Of a DNA stretch of 64,000 bases, positions 1-11,400 are shown piece after piece. The position numbers were made by a program, and so were the translations under genes. A model generated the notes under the pieces. That model searched no databases. It was not told where the DNA came from and saw only the letters and a list, made by a program, of their open reading frames with translations. Numbering within the stretch: position 1 is the first letter of the stretch; each line of letters begins with the position of its first letter. The DNA is from a virus (Duplodnaviria > Caudoviricetes). The stretch is taken from positions 22,938 through 86,937 of IMG/VR virus record IMGVR_UViG_3300041986_000079. One strand, 5' to 3'.

Positions 1-1
1 A

Positions 2-2530
2 GGCAAGTTTGCAAAAGCTAAAAACATTGTCGGTAAAATCATTACGCCAATAGCACAATCAGATAAATACATTAATCCTGCAAGTCAGTTTGTACAACAC
101 ATGACTGGAGCAGCAATGAGTCATGCTCCTGAGTTTTTACAGAAGTATTTGCCAGGAGTAGCTAATACTGGTAATCAAGTACGTAGATTTGATACAGCAT
201 ATGATCTTTTAACAAAGCAGTATGGTGGCGATTATGATCTTGATGCAATGGCTTATGGTGGACAATATGGTCATAGTTTAGATCTCGGCTCTCGTGTTAT
301 TGATAACGAGATGGGTCAAACAGATCCACATGAAGTAAGAGATACCTTACAAGCTGTACCAAGAGATATGGCCAACTTAGAAGCTGAAGCAGGAGAAACT
401 GCTTATGGTGATCTAGATGGTGATGGAGAGATGGAACACTCAAAGATTGGTGGTAAGCGTCACTCTCAAGGTGGCACACCTCTTAATCTTAAACCAGGTA
501 CATTCATATATTCAGATACAAAAAGTATGAAGTTAAAAGGTCAAGCATTAGCTCAGTTTGGTAAATCTGCGTCAACAAAGAAAGGATATACACCAGCTGA
601 ATTAGCTAAACAGTATGAACTTAACAAATATAAAGCTATCTTAGCAGATCCAAATGCAGATCAATATCAAAAACGCACTGCTGAGATGATGATGAATAAC
701 AACAAGTTTAAACTTGCACAGTTAGCATTAGCACAAGAAGCAAAGAAAGGATTCCCTCAAGGTATTCCTCAAGCTGCTATGATGGCATTGCCTCCAGAAA
801 TGGCTGAGCAACTACAAGGTATGCAAGAACCGCAAGGTATGGAACAATCACCAGAAGCTATGGAATACCAAAAGCGTGGCGGTTCAACATTCTCTGGTAA
901 CGCATGGTATCAACAAGGTGGTATTCATTTAGATCCTGCAAACAAAGGTACATTTAAAGCTCAGGCTACTCGTATGGGAATGAGTACACAAGAAGCTGCT
1001 GCACATATCTTAGCAAACAAAGATGAGTATTCACCAGAGATGGTTAAGAAAGCTAATTTTGCTAGAAACTTTGCAAAAGAAGATGGTGGTTTAATAGAGT
1101 TCCAGAAACGTGGTGAAGTAAGATATCCTGTATATCCAAAACAAGAGCGTACAATGCTAGGTAAACTAGATCCTAATCAGTTTGCTATTAGAATACCATC
1201 AACTGCTCAATCATTAAACTCTACGCTTCCTTCTATGCAGCCATCTGTTTTAGGAGCACCAGGTGTTTATGGGGAACAAAACTATTGGGATCCTAATCAC
1301 CAAGCTGAGTTTGCAAGAAATCAAAGTTGGTATATGGACAATGCACCAGGATGGAATCCATCTATTCCAGGTGCTACTATGGCATTCCAAACAGCTTACG
1401 ATCAAAAACGTGATGAGTTAAATATGCCTTCATATTTTACTGGAGCAATAAAACACCAAGCTAAAGATGATAAGTTTGGTAAGTATACATATAGTGCTCC
1501 TTCTTTGACACCTTACTTAGGAATGCAATCAAAGCAGATTCAACCTTTACCTGTTAACATACCAGCTCCAACTATTAAGAAAGGGGATGATTATGAATAT
1601 TGGAGAGATCAATATGAAAAATCTCAAGTAACTCCTGAAGAAAAAGCTCCTAATGCCCCAACACCAGGTACTCCAAATAAAGAATACAGACCAGATAGAA
1701 CTCGTATGATGCTTCCAGATAAAGCTGCTATGTTGCAATCTTTATTTACAAGAGCTGGTATTCCTACATTATCTCCATTTGTTCAAGCACCAGATTACGT
1801 TTTACCAGAAACAGTATTTGCTGATCCTACAAGACAATACGCTGCGGTTGCTGAACAAGCAAACATGCAGAACCAAGGATTACGTTCTTTTGGTAGACCT
1901 CAGTCTTATCTAGCTGGTTCAAGTCAAGTAGCTGGTAAACAGTTAGAAGCTATTGCTAATATCGATGCTGCAACAAATGCACAAAATGTTGGTATTGCAA
2001 ATCAAGCTAATGCTGTTAATGCGGCAACTATTAATCAGAACTTAGTACAACGTGCACAAGCTGCTAATCAATTAGCTGAGATGAGTAATAAGTACAACTT
2101 AGAAAACTTCTCAATGAAAGATGCTGCAGATAAACAAACATTAGCTGCATATCAAAATGCGTTTGCAAATAGATCAAGATTAGATGCAATAAATAAAACA
2201 GATCCATATTTTACTATAGATCCTAATACAGGAATGGCTGTACAAAAGCAAGGTTCTGTCGATCTAACAAGTAATAAAGGTACTGATGCAACTGCGGATC
2301 CATTTAAGCAATACATGTCTTTAAAACAACAAGCATTAGCTGCTGGTATGACAGAAGATGAAGCAAAGGATTACATTAAGCAAATGATGGGTACTGGTAA
2401 TAAAACAACTACTTCTTATAATCAAGCAGGTACACAAACTAAAGCATCAAAAGTACAAAGTAATATGTTAGCAGCTTTAGCATCGTTATACGGTGGAGCA
2501 GGAGCATATCCTTTCTCACAACAGGACTAA
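2..2530 (+). CDS. 5'-truncated internal virion (ejection/cargo-type) protein of a crAss-like phage
   Basis: The frame is open from nt 2 to the ATG at 101, so the gene starts upstream of the window. It is Gln/Ala/Met-rich and has a GGKRHSQGG motif, an 'IHLDPANKGTF...KKANFARNF' module and several [YF]QxxGG motifs, which I recall from crAss-like virion proteins. It lies upstream of the vRNAP gene. Confidence 0.6.
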   Translation, partial: GKFAKAKNIVGKIITPIAQSDKYINPASQFVQHMTGAAMSHAPEFLQKYLPGVANTGNQVRRFDTAYDLLTKQYGGDYDLDAMAYGGQYGHSLDLGSRVIDNEMGQTDPHEVRDTLQAVPRDMANLEAEAGETAYGDLDGDGEMEHSKIGGKRHSQGGTPLNLKPGTFIYSDTKSMKLKGQALAQFGKSASTKKGYTPAELAKQYELNKYKAILADPNADQYQKRTAEMMMNNNKFKLAQLALAQEAKKGFPQGIPQAAMMALPPEMAEQLQGMQEPQGMEQSPEAMEYQKRGGSTFSGNAWYQQGGIHLDPANKGTFKAQATRMGMSTQEAAAHILANKDEYSPEMVKKANFARNFAKEDGGLIEFQKRGEVRYPVYPKQERTMLGKLDPNQFAIRIPSTAQSLNSTLPSMQPSVLGAPGVYGEQNYWDPNHQAEFARNQSWYMDNAPGWNPSIPGATMAFQTAYDQKRDELNMPSYFTGAIKHQAKDDKFGKYTYSAPSLTPYLGMQSKQIQPLPVNIPAPTIKKGDDYEYWRDQYEKSQVTPEEKAPNAPTPGTPNKEYRPDRTRMMLPDKAAMLQSLFTRAGIPTLSPFVQAPDYVLPETVFADPTRQYAAVAEQANMQNQGLRSFGRPQSYLAGSSQVAGKQLEAIANIDAATNAQNVGIANQANAVNAATINQNLVQRAQAANQLAEMSNKYNLENFSMKDAADKQTLAAYQNAFANRSRLDAINKTDPYFTIDPNTGMAVQKQGSVDLTSNKGTDATADPFKQYMSLKQQALAAGMTEDEAKDYIKQMMGTGNKTTTSYNQAGTQTKASKVQSNMLAALASLYGGAGAYPFSQQD

Positions 2531-2565
2531 ATAAACTATAAAAGTTTAGTTTTAAACCTGACATA

Positions 2566-2587
2566 TTTTTCGTATATTATTATTGTA
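2566..2587 (+). promoter_or_regulatory. putative late-promoter motif TTTTTCGTATATTATTATTGTA
   Basis: AT-rich intergenic motif directly before the ATG at 2590. The core TATATTATTAT(T)GTA recurs at 37406-37420 ahead of the other + strand structural block. Confidence 0.3.
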
Positions 2588-2589
2588 TT

Positions 2590-5439
2590 ATGGCATCAAT
2601 AACACCATATTCTTCAGGAAACAATGCAATAGCGGCACTACCGTTATATACTCCTGATTTTTCTACAATGGCAGCGGAGCTTCAGAAAAGAAGTTCTTTG
2701 TTTGAACAAGGATTAGGTCAAATCCGTAGCTCCTACAATAATATCTTGTCAGCACCTTTATTAGCTAAAGGTAATGCAGAAGTGCGTGATGAGTATCTTA
2801 AACAAGCACAAACTAAGTTAAAAGATATATCATCATACGACTTTTCACAACAGCAAAACGTTCAGTCAGCACAACAAATCTTTTCTCCTTTTTGGCAAGA
2901 TCAAGACTTACTACAAGATTATAGTAAGAGCAGTCAAATCATGTCTAATCAAAAGAAAGCAAACATGCTTGCTGAATCAACTGATCCTAAGCTTCGTGAA
3001 CAGTTTTGGCAAAAAGGTTTAGATTATGTTAATATTTCTGCTATGGATATGCAGAATGCACAGCGTGGTGACGGTTCTATTGGTCAAGTAAGAGTTAATA
3101 AGTATGTTCCATACTTTGATGCAATGAAAGAGTTAGATGAACGTGCAAAAAACTCAGGATTTAAGATTGAAACAGAAGAAGCTGATCCAACAGGAAGATA
3201 TAAAATCAAAACGGTTAACGGTGATAAGTCTATTCCTTTGCATAGAGAATGGGTAGCACGTCAGTTAGAGTCAATGCCACAAGCTCAAGAAATGTTTAGA
3301 GTTGAAGGAGCTGTTGAGTATCGTAATAGATTAAATCAAAAGCTTTCTCAAGGATACGATCTTGCAACAGCAAAGGCAGAAACAGCAGCATCATTTATTG
3401 ATGGCGAGTACAAAGCTAATCTATCACGTCAAGAAGAGATAGATGCTAGAGTAAAAGAATTAAAAGGTGAGCTTGACGCAAAGAAAGCAGCATATGAATC
3501 TAATCCATCAGCAGTAACTCCTGCAGATTTGAAGGATATGAAACAAAAAGCTGATGAGTATCAAGGATTAACTAAATCATTATCTGCATACACAAAACGT
3601 GTTCAAGAGTTAGGTGATAAAAACTCAAAAGCTTATACTGATATGTATTCTCATATTAGTACTGGTGGTGAAGGATTCTTTTCTGAGTCAGCAAAGAGTA
3701 ACTTTATTAATAACTTTGCTCGAGCTAAAGCAGCGGGCATTCAAACATCTTATGATGTTGAGCCAATATATAAGATGACTTATGAGTTAGAGAAAGAACG
3801 TATCAAACTACAAGGTGATCTACAAAAGATTCAGTTAAAAGAAGGTCTTGATGGAAGTGGTGGTTCTGGATCTAAAAGCGGATCATCTTCTTCTAGTGAG
3901 GACGCTTCTCCAAGTGATATTAATACACCAATGCCTGTTGGTCTTAACATAAAAGGCAATGACAACACTCAGGCATATGCTCGATTACAAGAAGTTAAGT
4001 TAAATAAGCTTAACAAAATGGTTGATGTATCATCAAGTATTATAACTACAGCAAGTGCTTATGATACTAATCCAAATGCGGTTAAGCCTACAGCTAATTA
4101 TATCAATGCTCTTAACTCGGTATTAAAAACAGGTAGTATTGTAAAAGGGGATGAGTATGTACAAGAACATAAGCGTTTGCAAGATGCTGGTATCATACCA
4201 AAGAATATTGCATATGGTCAATCTCCTTCTTTAGTAGCTGGTGCTTTATATAAACGTGCTGAAACTTTCTTATTAGAAAAAGCAAAAGTAGGATCTCTGT
4301 CTGTTAATGATTTTAGTAAGATCATTAATCATCATCTTGCTGCATCTGATTATCAAAAGATTAATGAGATAGAGAAAGATGTTGCATCTAACATTCTTAA
4401 AGATCCATCATTCGGTGGTGACTTTGTTAAAGATGGTAGATTATTATCTAAAGCACAGTATTTAAAGAGTAAGTTTGGTTATTCAGATCCAGATAAGTTT
4501 GCTGCAGAGTATACAAAAAATACAACTTATATTTATTCTGGTCCAAATAGTTCACGTGCTGATGCATATGCTATTGCAAAAGATCGTATGGCAAAAGCCG
4601 GTAAAGAATATGATGAGTTTCAAACAAAAGTAAACTCACGCATGGGTACATACATGCAGCGTTATCTTAATGATGAAGGAGCTTTTATTGGTCCTATGCT
4701 TATGTATAGAACAGACCGTGCTAAAGAACGTGACGTTGCTCAAGAGATTGCTTTGCAAACTATGACTGATGACAATCTTCGTGAGACAAACTTTTTACCA
4801 GCAAACGTTCAAGAACTTGTATCAAAAGGTGCTGATGCTGATAAGCTTAAAGAGATCTTACAAGTTACGAAAAACGCTACTATTGAAGGCGTGATTAATG
4901 GTGTTGGTTTAACAAAGATTGGAACAAGCGGTAAACCAGCAGTTAAGATTATGTATGATAGAGCAGAGCTAGTTAAACTACTTGGTGGAGAAAAAGCTGC
5001 TGCTGAATATAAAGATACTCTTAATGCTATGAATGATGGTGTTGAAGTAACTGTTAAACCAGGGTCCGTAGCTAACTTTAATACTGAGTGGCAATCTTCT
5101 GGTATAGATCTTATTAGTTTAGATAAATATGGTCAGATAAAATCACCAGATATATTAAAACAACTTGGATTCCAGTGGAACATTACTAAAGATACTGCAG
5201 GTAATCAGATGTTAGCTTCTATTTCTTATGAGCAAGTATCACAAGATGGTAAACGTACAATGAAACACGATCAGTTTTCTTTACCTATGGGTACTAGTAT
5301 GGAACGTGTATCAAGTAAATTAAACCAAACTGCACTTAGCTTATATACTGCAAAACAAAATAATTTAGCTAAATTAGGACTTGGTTCTCCAAACGCGTCT
5401 TGGGAAGAGATTGCAAAGCTGAACGGCATTAACTATTAA
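2590..5439 (+). CDS. large internal virion/ejection protein (949 aa)
   Basis: Long, helical-looking ORF with N-terminal 'LYTPDF' segment, between two other giant virion genes. The position matches the ejection-protein cluster of crAss-like phages. Confidence 0.55.
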   Translation: MASITPYSSGNNAIAALPLYTPDFSTMAAELQKRSSLFEQGLGQIRSSYNNILSAPLLAKGNAEVRDEYLKQAQTKLKDISSYDFSQQQNVQSAQQIFSPFWQDQDLLQDYSKSSQIMSNQKKANMLAESTDPKLREQFWQKGLDYVNISAMDMQNAQRGDGSIGQVRVNKYVPYFDAMKELDERAKNSGFKIETEEADPTGRYKIKTVNGDKSIPLHREWVARQLESMPQAQEMFRVEGAVEYRNRLNQKLSQGYDLATAKAETAASFIDGEYKANLSRQEEIDARVKELKGELDAKKAAYESNPSAVTPADLKDMKQKADEYQGLTKSLSAYTKRVQELGDKNSKAYTDMYSHISTGGEGFFSESAKSNFINNFARAKAAGIQTSYDVEPIYKMTYELEKERIKLQGDLQKIQLKEGLDGSGGSGSKSGSSSSSEDASPSDINTPMPVGLNIKGNDNTQAYARLQEVKLNKLNKMVDVSSSIITTASAYDTNPNAVKPTANYINALNSVLKTGSIVKGDEYVQEHKRLQDAGIIPKNIAYGQSPSLVAGALYKRAETFLLEKAKVGSLSVNDFSKIINHHLAASDYQKINEIEKDVASNILKDPSFGGDFVKDGRLLSKAQYLKSKFGYSDPDKFAAEYTKNTTYIYSGPNSSRADAYAIAKDRMAKAGKEYDEFQTKVNSRMGTYMQRYLNDEGAFIGPMLMYRTDRAKERDVAQEIALQTMTDDNLRETNFLPANVQELVSKGADADKLKEILQVTKNATIEGVINGVGLTKIGTSGKPAVKIMYDRAELVKLLGGEKAAAEYKDTLNAMNDGVEVTVKPGSVANFNTEWQSSGIDLISLDKYGQIKSPDILKQLGFQWNITKDTAGNQMLASISYEQVSQDGKRTMKHDQFSLPMGTSMERVSSKLNQTALSLYTAKQNNLAKLGLGSPNASWEEIAKLNGINY

Positions 5440-5470
5440 CAGTTTTTTTAACTAAGTAACACCTCTTATA

Positions 5471-8400
5471 ATGGCAGAAGAAAGTCAACCATTACTTACT
5501 ACGCAACCTAATATCCAAGAAGTAGATTTAGCATCTTATCAACCAATTGCAACTACAGATCCGTTAGCTAATGCTGAACTGGAAAGTACGTTCATGGCAT
5601 CTGATGCTTTAGTTAAAAGCTCTATTGCGGATTTGAAACAAAGCTTATCAGCACCAACTGCTGACGAAATGCTTCGTCCTATTGGTTATGATCCTATTGC
5701 TACAAACAAAGATCGTTATACTAACTCAGAATATTTTGGGCAGTTAGGTTTTAATCCGTTCAGTAACAACGAAGAGATTTACGGTAACGCACAAGGCAAT
5801 CTTAACAAGTTAAAGAATGCTTTTGTTGGTATGGGACAACTAGCTTGGGATCAAGCGGTTGATCAGTTTAAAAGCTGGGGGGATACATTTGATGTATTAG
5901 GTTCACAAGATATTAGTGAAGCATTTAAACAAGCAGAGATGGAAGAGATATCTCGCCGTCAAAACGCTATGTTTAATGCTAATCCTATCTTTGAAACACA
6001 AGCTGATAGAGAAAGTGTATTTAACTTTAATACTATTGCAACGACGTTACAACAATCAGGTTATGCTGTTGGTGCAATGGCAGAGATTGCTGCAGAAGAA
6101 GTTGCTTTATCGTATTTAACAGCTGCTACTTTTGGTGGAGCTGCAGAATTACAAGCAGCACGTTCAATGAAACTTGCTAGTAACATTGCAAAAGCTGCTC
6201 GTAGAACAACTGAATTAGCTGAAAGTATTCACACTACTTCAAACATGCGTAAAGTATTTAACGCAGTAAATAAAGTAACTAAACTAGTTAATCCAGTTGA
6301 TAATGTAATGGACTTTGCTTCTAGCTTTAAAGCTTTAAGTAGGGCTGATGAATTAGCACAAGGAGTTGGTACAGCTGCAAGATTACGTACTGCAGCTCGT
6401 GGGTTTGGTGCTTTATATAGAGATGTTAGAGAGTTTAACTTAGCAGTATCTGAAGCAAAAGCTGAAGCTGCAGGTACTTATTCAGAATTATCACAATCAA
6501 TGTCAGATAACTTTGAAACAAACTATGGTAGAAAACCAACTGACCTTGAGTTAAAAGATATCAATGAGCAAGCGTTAAAAGGAGCTCAAGCTAATGGTGC
6601 GGCAAACACTGCGATCATTATGATGTCTAATAAGCTTTCTTTTGGTAATATCCTTAAAGGGTTTAAGCCACTACGTTACATGATGGATGAAGATATCATG
6701 AAAGGTTTGGCTGTAGTAACAGATAAAGATGCTTTAAAGCTAGGTAAGAAAGTAATCGAAGCTAGTGATAACAGATGGTTATACTATAAGAATGCTATTA
6801 TAAGCAACCCACTAAAGTATGTTGGTGCTAACTTATCTGAAGCATTACAAGAGAATGCACAAAGTATTTCAAACGATGCAGTTAAGTCATGGTATATGGC
6901 TAAGTATAACGGTCAAGAGTTAGACTCAAAGTTTGACGGTATTAGACAAGCAGCTGCTAATCAGTTTACCGTTGAAGGAGCAAAGACATTTATATCTGGT
7001 TTCTTTACAGGTTCTTTATTAGGAGCAGGTGCTAAAGTATTTGAACAAGCTGGTTCTATTCAGCAATATCTTTCAGATAAACAAGGATATACTGATCGTC
7101 AAACAAAAGAAGGTACTGCACGTACATCAATAAAAGATACAATCAATGCTATCTATGCTAATCCTTTAGCTTATAGCTACTCAAAAGATAATGCAGCAGT
7201 TCAATCTAACTTTGCATCTTTATTAAAAGAAGCAGCAATAAACAAAGACAAGAAAGCATTCAATGATATTCAAGATGATGCTACTCGTCAGTTTGTATTA
7301 ACTGGTATTAATACTGGTATGTTAGATCTTTTGAATGATCGTTTAGTTGACTATACAAAGAATCTAACAGAAGAAGAGTTTACTCAAGCATTTGGTGTTG
7401 AGTATACAAAAGAAAATCATGCTGACATGGTTAAGCAAGCTCAAGCATTTACGCAAAGAGCTGAGCAGATCAAAGATATCCATACTAAGTTATCAAGCGA
7501 GTATGCTAATCCGTTTAATCCAGGTAACTATAAATACGGAACAGAAGAGTACATAAAAGAAGGTATGAGTTATGTTGCTTATAAAGAAGCAATGAACCAG
7601 CTTACTTTTATGCAAGATACTTATCAGCAAGCTATTACAAGACAACAACAAGTTCTTGATAGCATCAAGCGTAAACCTGGGTTTGAAAACGTATCCTTTA
7701 CAGATATTTATAGTTTAACATCTCAACCAAAACTTGCGGAAGAGATCAGTCTTTTACAAAAAGAAGCGGATGCAACTGAAGATGCAAAACTAAAAGGTGA
7801 GAAGGAAGCTAAGATTAAAAGCTTAGAGAAGTATAACGAACAACTAGGTAAGTACTTAGATGAAGTTAATACTATCAACTCAAGTAAAAAGACGCCAGAG
7901 CAAAAAGCAACTGCTTTAAATAAAGCTCTTGATAAGTTTACATCAAAAGGGTTACCTGTATTTACTACATTCATTAATGATCAGTTAGCAAAAGCTGGTA
8001 AGTTACCTATACAAGATAATAATGCTCGTTCAGCATTTGAAAATCTAACAGATTACTTCCACTTACAAAACGATCATGAAGCTTTATTAGAGAACATAAA
8101 CTATATCATTGATCCTATTAACTTCTCAAAGTATCTTGATCGTCACAACGAAGAGATTGTTAAGCTCTTTGCTAAACGTATGGAGGAGAAGATTGAAGAG
8201 GAAGAAGAGACTCGTAAAGCAAACGCAAAGAAAGTTGCTGTAGATCCAGTAATGGATGATCTTGAAGGTGAGGGTGAAGGCATTGTTGATAACGAACAAG
8301 ATACTTTTTATTCTCGTACAGGTCAAGATGGTAACAAGCCTTCATATGCAAGAGCAGGTTTATTAAAAACAACGGGTAGTCATTTCCTTGATGATGATAA

Positions 8401-11400
8401 GACTGTAAACACAGAGAACAATAATCATAACTTCTTTAAGTTTACTGAGAGTGTTGCTATCCTTAACAATGATTATTACTTAGTTGCTATAACAGCTGAT
8501 AATGATGACTTTGGTATTCGTCGTGAAGATAAGTTCAAAGAAGATATCAAGCTTATTGTTGTAAAGAAAGTAGAAGATGATTATTTCCCAGTTGGTACTG
8601 ATGGTAACATCTTAGAAAATCCAACAAAGGATACTATTGTCTATACCTCAATGATGGGTAATAAGACATTGATGGCTGATATGTCTGATAAGAAGAACGC
8701 TGAAGCGGCTCTTAAGTATATCAAATCGATTTACAATGTTGAGGAACAATATGATGACGCAACTATTATTGAAGAAGTAACATTACTTCAACAGTTTAGA
8801 CAAGCAATACAGTCTGAAACAAAAGCAGGTAGACCTACAGTTCTTGATATTACTAGTGTAAGTAAAGGTGTTAAACGCTTTGCTGAATTAGATACTAATG
8901 GTAGACCAGTAGAGCAAGACTTACAAGGTATTGTTATTGATATGGATACTACTGACTTTAGAGATCTTCGTCATCCAAGCGGAGAATCTTTGATGTTAAA
9001 GGTAGTTACTATAAAAGATGATCCTGAAGCTGAAAACGTAAGACCTGGTTCTATTGTCCTTATTGGTAAAGAAACAAATCGTATACATAGAGTATATAAT
9101 AGACAGTTATCAGAAGCTGAGATTGCTAATATTACTGGAGTATTGTCTTACTTTACTCAGTTAATTGGTAATAAGAATCGTACTGCTCAACAGGATAGTG
9201 AGTTTATTGCTATAAAGAAATACTTATCTGGTGTTTTACATTGGGCTAGTCCATTAGAAGGAGAAGCAACTCCTTCAACAATGATGTACATTAGTGATGG
9301 AGCAATCTACCGCGGTGATCAAGGTATTAAGTTTGATTCTAAAACTATTGAGAAAAAGATGCCAGGTATGCTTCGTGGTACTTATCATTCTGTTAATAGT
9401 TCATTAGCAAGAAAAACTGATAAGTTTACTGAAGTGACTATGGTAGATGGTGTACCTCAGATTACAGAGTACGCTAACTACAATGAATACTTATTAAGTA
9501 ATGCTGATGGTAGAGTTCCTGTGTTATTCACAAATGAAAGACCGTATGACTCAAACCCAGCATCATCTGAAGGTGTCCAGTTAGCAGGCCGTTATTTAGT
9601 TTATGCTCCTACAGAAGAAGTAGCTAGTGAAAAGAATACAGTAGCGAAAAATAAATCTCCTGAAACTGTAAAGAAAGATAAGCAAGAAGCTAACGAAGCA
9701 TCTGTAAACGATAAAGGAGACCTTAAAGGGACATCGACTACTAATCCAAAAAGAAAGTGGAAAAGTAAAGCAACCACAGCACAAGACAACGTTGATTCAA
9801 CAGCAGACGCTACACCAGTTGCAGATAAACCAGTTGAAGTATCTTCAGCTATTACTAGTATCTTAGATGCCGCTGATATTGAAAATATTAATCAAGCTGG
9901 TGCTGATGCAGTTGGTGAAGATATGTATCGTTTACAGCTGGGTCCTGTACGTCAAACAGAAGACTTCTTTAAGTTAGCTGTATTCATGAAACGTGCTTTA
10001 CCACAAGTACCTATCCATAAGATGGCAGATCTTATTGATAATAAAGCTTGGGGTGCTTTCAAGAATGGTGCAATCTATATCTATGAGAATGCTGAGATTG
10101 GTACTGGTTTCCATGAAGCTTTTGAGTCTGTATGGAATAGTTATTTAACTAAACAACAACAAGACGAATTAGCAAAAGAGTTTATCAATCAATCTGGTAC
10201 ATTCACGAATCCATTTACTGGAGAAACAAAATCATACGCTGAAGCTAGTATGTATGATGTTCGTGAGATGTTAGCAGAATCGTTTAGAGATTATATGTTA
10301 ACGGGTAATCTACCTATTAGCATGCCAGCAAAGCAAAAGACGTTCTTCCAAGAGTTGATTAACTTTATTAGAGGGATCTTTGGTTTAAAAGAGCTTGAGT
10401 TTAATGAGTTTGAAAGTAAGATCAATAAAGTATTTACTGGTATCAACGAAGGTGAGTTTGCAAATGCTGTACCTGTTCGTGATCTTAACAAGTTACAAAC
10501 AGTATATCGTGCAATTCCTGGTACAAGCCAAGAGTTTACAAAGTACTTCTTAGATGGTGTAACATCTTTCTTCTTTAGAAACTTGTACATGAACAAGAAG
10601 AATATTGATGCTTTACTTGATGATAGTGCAGATACAAACGCTTTACTAGTTTCTTTATTCAAACAATCTCTTGCTGATGCTGAAACATACACTAGAGGAG
10701 ATAAGAATGAGTTCTTAGCTGAAGCTGTTGGAAGAGCAGAGACTAAGTTAAACCGTAAGTTGACAGCACCTGAAAAGCGTGAGCTGTTCAACGCTTTACT
10801 TAATAATAAAAACACATTATTAAGCAGACATAAGAAGTTATATGATCAGTTAGATTCTGCTTTTGCAAACACAGAGCAGATATACGATCTATTCAAGACT
10901 CGTGTTAGTAAGTATGGTTTAATCTTTAAGCAATCAGACAATGACTTTAGCAGTGCAGATGCTGGTACAGATGAATTAAAAGTAACTGATAACTTAGGTA
11001 TTAAAGATAGCATCACGATTGATCCACGTAAGTTTGGAGCAACAAACTTCAAGTTATTACTTGCTGGATTAACAGATGACTACTTTAATGCAAAGAAAGG
11101 TGAGATCTACTTCAAACGTAATCCGTTACAGTTACCAAAGTCTTTAAGCTACGATAGAACATATGCTATCTTGTTAAATGAGTTAAACGGATCTGTTCAA
11201 CACTTTAGAGATGGTAATATAGTTAATGCTATTGACCAGATGTTTGAACGTCTTGATGCTAAGTTTAAGATCAAGCCTGTTTCACCAAAGTCAAAAACAA
11301 AAACATATAAAGAAGGCTACGAGTGGGTTCAACGTCTAAAGGTTCGTCTTAAATATGAAGATGCTTTTGGTAAACGTGTATCAAGTGAGAACTTATCAGC

